Position numbers and translations under genes: made by a program. 42,635 bases of DNA, from contig CAKKSB010000050.1 of the NCBI GenBank assembly GCA_919903055.1, positions 1,975-44,609 of the forward strand, given 5' to 3'. Within the stretch, counting starts at the first letter, position 1. Each line of letters starts with the position of its first letter. Source of the stretch: Gammaproteobacteria bacterium (lineage in GTDB: Bacteria > Pseudomonadota > Gammaproteobacteria > DRLM01). The notes beneath the pieces were generated by a model. It did not search any database, was not told where the DNA came from, and saw nothing but the letters and a program-made list of their open reading frames with translations. This document shows positions 28,436 to 37,465 of this stretch, piece after piece.

Positions 28436-30094
28436 ATGGCGCGATGGGCCCTGACACCCAATCTCGTCTGGTGGTGTTGCACCTGCTTATTGTGGGGCGC
28501 GTACGCCCATGCTCAAGATAGCCGGGGTGATCTCACGAGCGCGAGTAAGCCACGCTTCGATTTGTGGGAGTTGCGCGTTTCGGGGAATAGTCTCCTGGGT
28601 ATCCAAGAGGTGGAAAGGACGCTGTACCGCTTTCTGGGCGCAGGCAAGTCGGTTGATGACGTGGAAGCGGCGCGTGAAGCGCTGACTCAGGCTTACAGCG
28701 AAGCCGGATACGGTACTGTGCTGGTGAACATTCCCGAGCAGGATGTGGCGAACGGCATCGTTTATTTGCAGGTGGTCGAAGGACGAGTCGAGCAAAGTAT
28801 CGTCAGCGGCGCCAAATACCATTCCCCGCAACGGATCCGCGAGCAGGTGCCCGCGCTGGCGGACAACGGCGTGCTGCATCTGCCCAGTTTGCAGACGCAA
28901 CTCGCCGCGCTTAACGCGGTGAGCGGCGATCGCGCGGTGACGCCGGTGCTGCGCCCCGGCCGCACGCCCGGCACGGTGGAAGTGGAATTGAAGGTGCAGG
29001 ATGCGTTGCCGTTGCACGGCAGTCTGGCGCTCAACGATCGTTATTCGCTCAATACCTCCCGTCTCCGGCTGGAAGCCCAACTCAGTTACGGGAATCTTTG
29101 GCAGCGTGAACACAGTGTGTCCTTGCAATATCAGACCGCACCGGAAGAACTCAGCGAAGTGCAAGTATGGGCGGGCACGTACGTGTGGCGTGATTTTACC
29201 AAACGCTCGATCCTAGCTTTGTACGGTGTGCATTCGGAAAGCGAAGTGGCCGCGGTGGGCAGTTTTCAAGTACTCGGCCAGGGCGATATCGTCGGCGCGC
29301 GGCTGATCACGCCCTTCGCCGCTCAAGCCGGGTTCAGTCACAGTTTGACTCTGGGAATGGACTACAAGGATTTCGCGGAGGATTTGGCTTTGACCGGGAA
29401 CAGCGTGCCGGTCACCACACCTATCAGTTATATTCCCTTTTCCGTTGCTTACGGCGGCGCGAAGGTCGGCGCCGCGATAGACACCCGCTTTGAGCTTGGT
29501 GCGCATTTCGGCGTACGCGGTGTGGGCGACGATGAAATCGACTGCGAATTCCAGCGGGGAGACGGCAGTATCGGCCGGCAACGCATCAATGAGTTTGCCT
29601 GTAAACGGGCCGGCGCCAAACCCAATTTTGTTTATCTCACCGCGAGCGTCGAACATACCCGCGAGTTGATGAAGAGCATAGCCATGCATGTGGCGTTGCG
29701 CGGCCAGTTGGCGGATTCACCCCTCATCAGCAACGAACAGTTCAGCGCCGGCGGGATGGACAGTGTGCGCGGCTATCTGGAATCGGAGCGGCAGGGCGAC
29801 GATGCGATTCAATTCAATTTCGAACTGCGGTCATCGCCGCGGACGATGTCCATTCTGAATAGCTTGGCGGAGTTACGCGCCCATGGATTCATCGATGCCG
29901 CCTGGTTGAATATCCGTGAGCCCTTGCCCGGTCAGGCGCGGGATTACAGTCTTGCCGGTGCCGGCCTTGGTCTGCGCGCCGGTACGTTCAAAGGCGTGGG
30001 CGCCGCGATGGATCTGGCGTGGGCCCTGGAGGATGGCAGCGACACGCAAAAGGGGGATCTGCGCTGGCATTTTTCGCTGGATTATAAATTTTGA
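28436..30094 (+). CDS. ShlB/FhaC/HecB-family TpsB outer-membrane transporter
   Basis: Signal peptide ending AHA, POTRA start (ELRVSGNSLL...Y..AGY), IPEQ, SVRGY motif, terminal Phe; follows the TpsA gene. Confidence 0.9.
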   Translation: MARWALTPNLVWWCCTCLLWGAYAHAQDSRGDLTSASKPRFDLWELRVSGNSLLGIQEVERTLYRFLGAGKSVDDVEAAREALTQAYSEAGYGTVLVNIPEQDVANGIVYLQVVEGRVEQSIVSGAKYHSPQRIREQVPALADNGVLHLPSLQTQLAALNAVSGDRAVTPVLRPGRTPGTVEVELKVQDALPLHGSLALNDRYSLNTSRLRLEAQLSYGNLWQREHSVSLQYQTAPEELSEVQVWAGTYVWRDFTKRSILALYGVHSESEVAAVGSFQVLGQGDIVGARLITPFAAQAGFSHSLTLGMDYKDFAEDLALTGNSVPVTTPISYIPFSVAYGGAKVGAAIDTRFELGAHFGVRGVGDDEIDCEFQRGDGSIGRQRINEFACKRAGAKPNFVYLTASVEHTRELMKSIAMHVALRGQLADSPLISNEQFSAGGMDSVRGYLESERQGDDAIQFNFELRSSPRTMSILNSLAELRAHGFIDAAWLNIREPLPGQARDYSLAGAGLGLRAGTFKGVGAAMDLAWALEDGSDTQKGDLRWHFSLDYKF

Positions 30095-30130
30095 ACTTGC
30101 ATCATTCATCAAACCTGTAACTTCAGCGAG

Positions 30131-30210
30131 ACCACTTCGGACCATAAAAAAGGCCGGAGAGCTATTTTACTAATCTTCCCAGCCTCTCTTGGACTGCTTT
30201 AGATAATTCG
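30131..30210. repeat. 80-bp direct repeat, copy 1 (degenerate copy of the tRNA-Ala 3' trailer)
   Basis: Aligns to 32189-32268 with 9 mismatches and two 1-nt indels by eye. Confidence 0.9.
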
Positions 30211-30289
30211 TTAACCATTGCTAATAGGCTGGACTAATGCGCCCGATGGTAAGAATATGAACCGTTGCCTGAGAAACAAGGAAAAGAAC

Positions 30290-32044
30290 ATGGAAAAAGC
30301 GGAAGCGCAACACACTCAGACGCAGAGCCAACCAGCGGCCCGCCAGCGAAAAGGCCCTAAAGTCGTCGAACCGTCTCAAAGCAAGCGGCTCGGCCAGCTT
30401 GAGGCCATCATCGAGAGCAGCCCGCAGGCGGCTAAGCAAGCGCAATTGACGGCGAGAATTAGCGCCAGCCCGGCGATGGCAGCACAGCGCAAGTTCATGG
30501 ACATGGTAGATGATGACCCGCGCCAAATAGCCCAGCGCAAAACGGAGCCTGCCGGGAAGCCCAACGACACCGGACTGCCTGACAATCTCAAATCCGGGAT
30601 CGAATCCCTCTCCGGCATGTCCATGGACAACGTGAAGGTACATTACAATTCATTGCAGCCCGCTCAACTGAATGCCTTGGCCTATACCCAGGCCAGCGAC
30701 ATTCATGTCGCAACTGGACAGGAACGGCATCTTCCCCACGAAGCCTGGCACGTCGTCCAACAGGCGCAAGGCCGCGTAAAGCCGACCGTGCGGATGAAGG
30801 ATGCGGTGCTGATCAATGATGACAAAACGCTCGAGCACGAAGCGGATGTAATGGGGTCCAAGGCGTCGGGAGGTGTCGCGCAATGCCAACGCGTCCCGCT
30901 CGTACAGGCAACCAACGGCCAAGCGCCAGTGATGCAGTTGTTCAAGGATTTGACCAAAGCCGAATTGAGCAAAAAAGCGGGTGAAAAGTTTAGCGAGCTT
31001 CAGTATGTAGAGGACTTGCTGAAGGCCTTGGACACCTACGAGACGACTTCAAACGAAGACCCTGTAGCGCTGGCGACGGCGCTCGATCAGGTGGTCGTGA
31101 AGTATAAGGTCGCCAAGGACAAACTCGACACAGAGGTTTGGGACAATAAAAGAACGGACCTTGAGCCGCTCAACGAGTGGATAGTGAACCAATATGGCGA
31201 GGTGCGCACCGAACGCGATCAGGTGGTACTGCTTTTGCCGATCGCCAGCCGGCGCGAAGAGATGCTCAAGAAGTTTGAAGGCGACGCATCACTCACCATT
31301 GGCGATGGAATCCGCGCACTGGTCGAAAGCGGTGAACCTGACATAGGCAAGAGCTCGGAGGAAATGCGCTATGAAACCAGCATCGGTCTCCCTTTTGGTG
31401 AAAAGGGTCCCGTCATGGAAGATGTCAAGCAGGGCGAACTCGGCGACTGTTGGCTGCTGGCGCCATTGATCTCCTTGGTCAATTCCAAAGCGGGTCAGGA
31501 ACACATCCGGAACATGATCCAGCCTCACGGCAGCCCACCAGAGGCCTACACCGTGCGGCTCTTCGATGTTGGCGAAAAATTCGCGCCCCGCTCCGTGACC
31601 GTGTCGTCGCGCTTTCCGGCGTACAAATCGAAGAAGAGCGGAAATATACGGTTTATTTATGCGCACGGCGGCCACCGCGTCGACGATCCCCCGCCTCTTT
31701 GGCCGGCTATTATCGAAAAGGCCCTTGCCAAGTTGCTCAAAGGTTTTACGCAATTAAGCGGCAGCACGCGCGGCGCCAAAATGGCATTTGAATCCATCCT
31801 CGGCCGCGAAGCGCCCCAACAGCCACTGCTCGGCGAACCTCTGATAAAAGAGCAGGACCAGCAGTTAGTAGCCAAGCTCGTGACGGAAGGCAAGCTAGTC
31901 GTCGTGAGCACCGAGACTCATTACTGGAGCGTCATGGAGGGCGGCGTTGAAGGTCTCGTTTTGCGCAACCCCCACGGCAAGACGGAGAAAATGACTTGGA
32001 GCGACCTGAAAAAAATGACCTATCACGTAGGCCCTGACCTGTAG
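30290..32044 (+). CDS. DUF4157 (eCIS-core) domain protein fused to a calpain-like (peptidase C2) cysteine protease
   Basis: DUF4157: NDTGLPDNLKSGIESLSGMSMDNVKVHYNS...HLPHEAWHVVQQ...LEHEADVMG. Calpain-like: DVKQGELGDCWLLA, LWPAIIEKA, HYWSV, LRNPHG (Cys/His/Asn triad). Confidence 0.88.
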   Translation: MEKAEAQHTQTQSQPAARQRKGPKVVEPSQSKRLGQLEAIIESSPQAAKQAQLTARISASPAMAAQRKFMDMVDDDPRQIAQRKTEPAGKPNDTGLPDNLKSGIESLSGMSMDNVKVHYNSLQPAQLNALAYTQASDIHVATGQERHLPHEAWHVVQQAQGRVKPTVRMKDAVLINDDKTLEHEADVMGSKASGGVAQCQRVPLVQATNGQAPVMQLFKDLTKAELSKKAGEKFSELQYVEDLLKALDTYETTSNEDPVALATALDQVVVKYKVAKDKLDTEVWDNKRTDLEPLNEWIVNQYGEVRTERDQVVLLLPIASRREEMLKKFEGDASLTIGDGIRALVESGEPDIGKSSEEMRYETSIGLPFGEKGPVMEDVKQGELGDCWLLAPLISLVNSKAGQEHIRNMIQPHGSPPEAYTVRLFDVGEKFAPRSVTVSSRFPAYKSKKSGNIRFIYAHGGHRVDDPPPLWPAIIEKALAKLLKGFTQLSGSTRGAKMAFESILGREAPQQPLLGEPLIKEQDQQLVAKLVTEGKLVVVSTETHYWSVMEGGVEGLVLRNPHGKTEKMTWSDLKKMTYHVGPDL

Positions 32045-32188
32045 AAATAGCGGAACGCGGGCATTCGGCGCAGGCTTGGCCGTGCGGATTGCGTGATCGG
32101 TTAGCTCATTTGAGGGCAAACTTTTTTGGGAGAGTTCTATTATCCCAATGTCGTTCCACTTGCCCCTGAAGTGCATGGTTTTAGCCGA

Positions 32189-32268
32189 ACCGCTTCGGAC
32201 CATAAAAAAGCCGGAGAGCCTATTTTACTGAGCTTTCCGGCCTTGCTTGGACTGCTTTGGACAATTCG
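32189..32268. repeat. 80-bp direct repeat, copy 2, abutting the tRNA CCA end
   Basis: See 30131-30210. On the minus strand it carries repeated GTCC(A/G)A motifs and the tRNA terminator. Confidence 0.9.
32204..32241 (-). terminator. Terminator downstream of tRNA-Ala
   Basis: Minus strand GCCGGAAAGC...GCTCTCCGGC-TTTTTT. Confidence 0.7.
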
Positions 32269-32269
32269 G

Positions 32270-32345
<76 letters not shown>

Positions 32346-32433
32346 AACAGTTTGATTTTTAACCTATCCGAATCTGATATGGACCGGATAGGGCGCACAT
32401 TCTAACACCGGCCGCGGTGAATCGCTACCCATC

Positions 32434-33129
32434 TCACGTCCCTTCGCGTGGGGATTTTCGAATCGCGTCGCGCTCCAGCAGGGTGATGAATTTTTGCAGG
32501 GCGCGGCGCTGAAGAGGATCGAGGCGTTGGAACTGGCCGCCTAATTGACAACCGTGATCGTTCCGGCTGAAGAAACGCAGATCGAGACTGCATTCGATGG
32601 ACTCACCGCCCGGTATTTGAAAACGGCAAGTCAAGGGGGTGCCGGCGGTGAGATCGATGAGTTCACGGTCGGCCTTGATGCGCAGTCCACCGAGTGAGAT
32701 GTCTTGCAGGGTGCCGCTGATCGTATCGCCGCCCGGCAAGTCGAGTTGCACTTCGGTATTGAAGGCGCGGCTGACTTTCGGACGAAAGTGGGCACGCCGC
32801 TGACCGTAACTGATGCTGTCGGGAAGCGCCACCCGGTAGTAGGCGATACCGTTCTCTTGGCCGCTGCTGATGAGCGTGACGATGAAGGAAACCGTGATGC
32901 CCTTGAGGCTGGTCCGCACCCGGCAGCGCTGTTGCTGCAAAAACAGCTCATGGCCGGTATTCGGTTTGAGTTCGTCGAGCACTAAATAACCTTGTTCGGT
33001 GTTGATCTCCAAAAGGGCGCTGTTGAATTGGTAGCTATCACCGTTCAGATTGACCGCCAACAGGCAACGGCCATCCTGCATGCGTTGCAAGAGGGTGAGG
33101 ATTTGTGGCCGAAAACGGATTTGTTCCAT
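32434..33129 (-). CDS. ycgR: Flagellar brake protein YcgR/FlgZ (c-di-GMP-binding PilZ domain)
   Basis: PilZ motifs QRRAHFR and DISLGG; located after flgN. Confidence 0.85.
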   Translation of the reverse strand: MEQIRFRPQILTLLQRMQDGRCLLAVNLNGDSYQFNSALLEINTEQGYLVLDELKPNTGHELFLQQQRCRVRTSLKGITVSFIVTLISSGQENGIAYYRVALPDSISYGQRRAHFRPKVSRAFNTEVQLDLPGGDTISGTLQDISLGGLRIKADRELIDLTAGTPLTCRFQIPGGESIECSLDLRFFSRNDHGCQLGGQFQRLDPLQRRALQKFITLLERDAIRKSPREGT

Positions 33130-33199
33130 GCGAAGTCACATTATTGAGTCATTCCTTATTGATTGGAATGAGCGGTTATTATCAGTCGCCGAATCTGCG

Positions 33200-33685
33200 T
33201 TATACCCGGCCTAAAGTTCGCGAAGCTATTCCGTTGGGTGCGTGGCCCTTGGGGCTATAACATGTTTCGTCTTGGGCCGCGCCGCCGCGCAAAATGGCGA
33301 GGGCTTGCTGGGTTTGCCGTTGGTGAATGATCACGATTTTGCCGTTGAGGAGATTTTGTTCCCGGCAGCGCGAGAGTGATTCTTTTATTTTCCGCCAGCG
33401 CGATTCCAGCCCGAGCTGGCCGTCGGGATCGCAGCAGCGGAGATGGGTCACGATGCCGTGCTCATCCGCGGCAAGCCCGCTTTGCGCCAGCCAATCCAAA
33501 TGGATTTGCATGTTGTGCTCCAGCGCTTGCAGGCAATCCTGCTTGGCGGCAGTGGCGGCTTCGACACTCGGCACCGCGCCGCTGGTCAAAGCGGTCCGTT
33601 CGTCCTGGAGGATAGCAGTGAGACGCAGCACGTTTTGGTGCTGGCGTTCGAGTAAGATTTTGAGTTCCCGCGCGGCTGAGTTCAT
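33200..33685 (-). CDS. flgN: Flagellar export chaperone FlgN
   Basis: L..IL..E..AL...K, CREQNLLNG, C-terminal Y...G; downstream of flgM. Confidence 0.85.
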   Translation of the reverse strand: MNSAARELKILLERQHQNVLRLTAILQDERTALTSGAVPSVEAATAAKQDCLQALEHNMQIHLDWLAQSGLAADEHGIVTHLRCCDPDGQLGLESRWRKIKESLSRCREQNLLNGKIVIIHQRQTQQALAILRGGAAQDETCYSPKGHAPNGIASRTLGRV

Positions 33686-33697
33686 AAGTGATGGAAA

Positions 33698-34030
33698 TTA
33701 TCTTGTGTTGAGTTCGGTTGACTGACGTGCGCTTTCAAAGCGCAACATTTTTTCCGCGACCCGCGCCGAATTGAATTCATAGTGCCCGGCGTTGAGCGCT
33801 TGACGGACGTTATCGACCCGGGCGAGATCCATTACCGGTTGCGTCGCGATCATGGTGCCCAGCTTGTGCAGTTGCGATGCGGTATCGGTCAAGGTCACGG
33901 TGTCCGTGGTTTGACTTTGTCCCGTCTGCTTTTGCGCGGCGGTGGGTTCGGTGCGGCTGGCCTGGCCATGCGAATCGGCTCTGGCGCTCGATAATTGCGC
34001 AGGGGTGTACCTGGTTATTTCGATGGCCAT
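33698..34030 (-). CDS. flgM: Anti-sigma28 factor FlgM
   Basis: DTVTLT...D.ARV..VRQAL..G.Y.....RVAEKML.FE. Confidence 0.9.
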   Translation of the reverse strand: MAIEITRYTPAQLSSARADSHGQASRTEPTAAQKQTGQSQTTDTVTLTDTASQLHKLGTMIATQPVMDLARVDNVRQALNAGHYEFNSARVAEKMLRFESARQSTELNTR

Positions 34031-34059
34031 ACTGCTACCTCTTTCATTGCCTGCTAATA

Positions 34060-34086
34060 CTAACGGCCGTCAATTAACCAGCTTTA
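34060..34086 (-). promoter_or_regulatory. sigma28 promoter of flgM
   Basis: Minus strand TAAAGCTG-N11-GCCGTTAG. Confidence 0.75.
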
Positions 34087-34122
34087 GAAAATCGACGCCA
34101 ATTGTTTGACGATTGCCGACGT

Positions 34123-34863
34123 TTACAAAGTCACCTGAACCACGCCCGCCTGAATCACCGTGGCTTCCACCGTGCGTTTAGAAAGCACATTGCGTACCGT
34201 AATGCGATCGCCTTTGCCGCCATCGCTCAAGGCGGTGCCTTGCATGCGCACATCGATGCCGGGAATGGCCGCCATGATTACGATCTGCTGGCCGCGGCGG
34301 ACCAGAGGTGGGGTAGTCAGCACCTGGGGGCTGAGCACTGTGCTCGATGCCAACGGACGTTTGGCCACTTTACCGATAACGTCACCAGGTTCAGTAATAT
34401 AGTCCTGGCCGGCGCCGACTTCACGCAATTCGAGACGAACGTCGTCCGCGCTGATGGGAACCCCGCGCGGCAGAGGACGCTGTGCCACCACCACCTCCCG
34501 GCTGACCTTGACCTCGGCGGAGAGATAGAGAGTCCAGGGTTTTTGTCCTTCGCAATTGACGCCCACCGAGGTATTGCCCGGCAAACGGCTGCCGGGGGGA
34601 AGAAAGGCCCGCAGGGGTTTTTCACAGGCCGTGAGCTGCAGGCGCGGATCGAGTTTGCCGACGGCTATGTCGTGGGACGGAAAATCCTGGCCGATACTCT
34701 CCTTAATATACTGTTCCACCACCGCTTCGATACTGCCGTGGGATTGAGCGGGTTCAGCGCCGGCCCATGTGTCGGTGAATAACATCGGCACGATCAGCGC
34801 GAAGGCCGGCCATTTCCGACGCGGCTTTGACGTAGGGTTGATAAGGCATCGTGGGCTCTTCAT
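34123..34863 (-). CDS. flgA: Flagellar P-ring formation chaperone FlgA
   Basis: LDPRLQL..C, V.C.G.KPW, SAF domain, LVRRGQ, G.ALSDG..GD.I.VRN..S.R. Confidence 0.92.
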   Translation of the reverse strand: MKSPRCLINPTSKPRRKWPAFALIVPMLFTDTWAGAEPAQSHGSIEAVVEQYIKESIGQDFPSHDIAVGKLDPRLQLTACEKPLRAFLPPGSRLPGNTSVGVNCEGQKPWTLYLSAEVKVSREVVVAQRPLPRGVPISADDVRLELREVGAGQDYITEPGDVIGKVAKRPLASSTVLSPQVLTTPPLVRRGQQIVIMAAIPGIDVRMQGTALSDGGKGDRITVRNVLSKRTVEATVIQAGVVQVTL

Positions 34864-34910
34864 TACATCTCCGCGCCAGTATTGATCGTCAAATTTATCA
34901 TGGAGTAATA

Positions 34911-34926
34911 AGCAAGGCTTATGCCG
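34911..34926 (-). promoter_or_regulatory. sigma54 promoter of flgA
   Basis: Minus strand CGGCATAAGCCTTGCT (GG-N10-GC). Confidence 0.7.
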
Positions 34927-34935
34927 TTCGATGGC

Positions 34936-34962
34936 TTAAGCTTTATTACCGCTAGCCGATAC
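34936..34962 (+). promoter_or_regulatory. sigma28 promoter of cheV
   Basis: TTAAGCTT-N11-GCCGATAC. Confidence 0.7.
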
Positions 34963-34992
34963 CGGCTTTGGTATTCACAAAGGATAGGCGTC

Positions 34993-35940
34993 ATGGGCGG
35001 TTTACTGGACGGGGTCAATCTCAGAACGCAGCTTGTTGGCCATAACCGTCTGGAACTGCTTCTGTTTTTTTTGGATGGGGAGCAGCGTTACGGCATCAAT
35101 GTTTTTAAAGTTCATGAAGTGATACAGCGTCCGCCCTTGACGCGGATTCCCAATGCGCCGGCGGTGGTGCGCGGTATGGCGACCTTACGCGGCAAAACCA
35201 TTCCGGTATTGGATTTGGGCCTGGCCTTAGGCCAGCCGCCGATCGGTAATGACGGTGCCGGCATCGTGATCGTCACCGAGTACAACCGTACCGTGCAGGG
35301 TTTTCTGGTACGGGCGGTGGACCGCATCGTGAATATCAATTGGGAAAAAGTCGTACCTCCGCCCGATGGCGCCGGGGACGATCATTTCCTGACCGCCATC
35401 GCCCATGTCGACAAGCAAATGGTCGAGATGATCGACGTGGAAAAAGTGCTAAGCAACGCCAGCGGCGCCGAAATAGAAATATCGGAAAAAACCGTAAATG
35501 CCCTGAAAGCCACGCGGCCCGCTCAGCATATCGTGTTGGCGGTGGATGACTCCGCCGTGGCACGTGGCCAGATCAAACGCACTCTCGATCGGGTCGGCGT
35601 GCAGTCGGTACTGGCGCGCGACGGTAAAGAAGCCTACGACTTGCTCAGCGCATGGTTGGAAAAGAAGGATCCGATCCTCCAGCGCTTACTCATGGTGATT
35701 TCCGATATCGAAATGCCGGAGATGGATGGTTATACCTTGACGTCTAAAATTCGCGCCAATGACCGTCTTAAAAATACCTTTGTTATGTTGCACACGTCTT
35801 TGAGCGGTTTGTTCAACCATAATTTGATACGAAAAGTCGATGCCAACGCGTTCGTGCCGAAATTCGATGCCAACGATTTGGCTCAGGCGGTAATCGCGCG
35901 GATAAAGGAAAAAGAAGCGGAGACACTGGGCATTCAGTGA
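34993..35940 (+). CDS. cheV: Chemotaxis protein CheV (CheW + receiver)
   Basis: RTQLVGHNRLELLLF, YGINVFKV, VDDSAVAR, SDIEMPEMDGY, LHTSLSG. Confidence 0.95.
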   Translation: MGGLLDGVNLRTQLVGHNRLELLLFFLDGEQRYGINVFKVHEVIQRPPLTRIPNAPAVVRGMATLRGKTIPVLDLGLALGQPPIGNDGAGIVIVTEYNRTVQGFLVRAVDRIVNINWEKVVPPPDGAGDDHFLTAIAHVDKQMVEMIDVEKVLSNASGAEIEISEKTVNALKATRPAQHIVLAVDDSAVARGQIKRTLDRVGVQSVLARDGKEAYDLLSAWLEKKDPILQRLLMVISDIEMPEMDGYTLTSKIRANDRLKNTFVMLHTSLSGLFNHNLIRKVDANAFVPKFDANDLAQAVIARIKEKEAETLGIQ

Positions 35941-36058
35941 GGACAAGCGGTATGCGGCACGGAGTTGTTGCCAAGTTCGAATGTATGCCTTCAGCAGGAC
36001 CGTCTCGATTACCGGCCGTGGTTGCTTGCCGTGGGCGAATGCCGCGGAAAGCGCCGCG

Positions 36059-36889
36059 ATGAGCGCCGATATAAATCCGCAAGAGTACGCCGCCTTCCGT
36101 GATTTTTTAGAGCACGTCAGTGGGATCGTCTTAGGGGAAAACAAGCAATATCTGGTTAATAGCCGTTTGAGGTCTTTGTTGGGCGAACTCGGTATCAAAA
36201 GCGTTGGTGAATTGCTGGGGATGATGGACCGTTCATCCGGCGTGCAACTCCGGCAGCGGGTCATCGATGCCATGACCACCCACGAGACATTGTGGTTTCG
36301 CGATCAATATCCCTTTGAAGCTTTGAAACGCATGATTTTGCCCGAGCTGACGAAAGCCGACTTGCCGACGTTGCGAATATGGTCGGCCGCCTGCGCTTCC
36401 GGTCAGGAACCTTATTCCATCAGCATGATCTGCGAGGAGTTCCGCCTCGAATACCCGCGCCGGCCGCTGGGAACGGTACAAATCCTCGCCACCGACATTT
36501 CACCGACCATTCTGCAGCTGGCGCGCGAGGGCGTGTATGACAGTATCGCTTTGGGGCGCGGCCTCACTCAGGACCGTCGCGAACGCTTCTTCATCACCGA
36601 AAACGACAAGGCGAAAATTAAACCCGCGATGATGCGCCAAGTGACTTTCCGCGAACTCAATTTAATGCAGCCTTTTAAATCGCTCGGCAAATTTCACGTG
36701 ATCTTTTGCCGAAACGTCATGATTTATTTTTCCGATCAGCTCAAGGTCGACATACTCGGCCGCATCGCCGAGGTGTTGGAGCCGAACGGTTATTTGTTCC
36801 TGGGCGGTTCGGAATCGATTACCCGCTATTGCGATCGCTTCGAAGTCTCCCGCGCCCATGGCGGCATGGTGTTCCGCCTCAAATCATAA
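36059..36889 (+). CDS. cheR: Chemotaxis methyltransferase CheR
   Basis: TTHETLWFRD, RIWSAACASGQEPYS, ATDIS, IFCRNVMIYF. Confidence 0.95.
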   Translation: MSADINPQEYAAFRDFLEHVSGIVLGENKQYLVNSRLRSLLGELGIKSVGELLGMMDRSSGVQLRQRVIDAMTTHETLWFRDQYPFEALKRMILPELTKADLPTLRIWSAACASGQEPYSISMICEEFRLEYPRRPLGTVQILATDISPTILQLAREGVYDSIALGRGLTQDRRERFFITENDKAKIKPAMMRQVTFRELNLMQPFKSLGKFHVIFCRNVMIYFSDQLKVDILGRIAEVLEPNGYLFLGGSESITRYCDRFEVSRAHGGMVFRLKS

Positions 36890-37012
36890 GTAATGCCTTC
36901 CGTCCGCGCCTCAGCGGACCATGCGGCAAACACCGGCAGAAGTTTGCCGGTCGGCCGCGACAACGGCCGTTAAAACCACTTCATCTTCCCGCGATTCCCC
37001 ATTTACAGGCCA

Positions 37013-37027
37013 TGGCACGCTTGTTGC
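37013..37027 (+). promoter_or_regulatory. sigma54 promoter of the flgB operon
   Basis: TGGCAC-GCTTG-TTGC, consensus -24/-12. Confidence 0.85.
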
Positions 37028-37066
37028 CTTTGTTAACGGCGTGACGGATATCAGTTGGAGAAGACC

Positions 37067-37462
37067 ATGTCATTGAGCCTCGATAAAGCATTCGGTATTT
37101 ACGCGCAGTCGCTGTCGTTGCGCGCGCATCGCGCCGAACTGTTGGCGAACAACATCGCCAACGCCGACACGCCTAACTATAAAGCGGTGGATATCGATTT
37201 CAAAACCGCCTTGGCCAACGCCGGCAGCGGGCAACTGCCGATGGCGACGTCTAATTCACAACACATCCAAACCGTTTCCGGAAATGACGCGCGTTACGAC
37301 GTGCGGTATCGCGTGCCGCTGCAACCGGCCTTGGACGGCAACACCGTCGATACCCAAATCGAACAAGCCGAGTTCTCGCGCAACGCGGTGCAGCATCAAT
37401 CGTCACTGACTTTTCTGAACGGCCGCATCAACGGCATTTTGTTGGCAATCAAAGGGCAGTAA
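37067..37462 (+). CDS. flgB: Flagellar basal-body rod protein FlgB
   Basis: LANNIANADTPNYKA.D and DGNTVD. Confidence 0.96.
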   Translation: MSLSLDKAFGIYAQSLSLRAHRAELLANNIANADTPNYKAVDIDFKTALANAGSGQLPMATSNSQHIQTVSGNDARYDVRYRVPLQPALDGNTVDTQIEQAEFSRNAVQHQSSLTFLNGRINGILLAIKGQ

Positions 37463-37465
37463 ACC

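Noticed and set aside
30103-30121. Pho-like box after tpsB (CATTCAT-CAAAC-CTGTAAC)
   Set aside because: The spacer is 5 nt rather than 4 and there is no -10 at the expected position.
35955-35972. sigma54 promoter before cheR (CGGCACGGAGTTGTTGC)
   Set aside because: The GG-to-GC spacing is not 10 nt.
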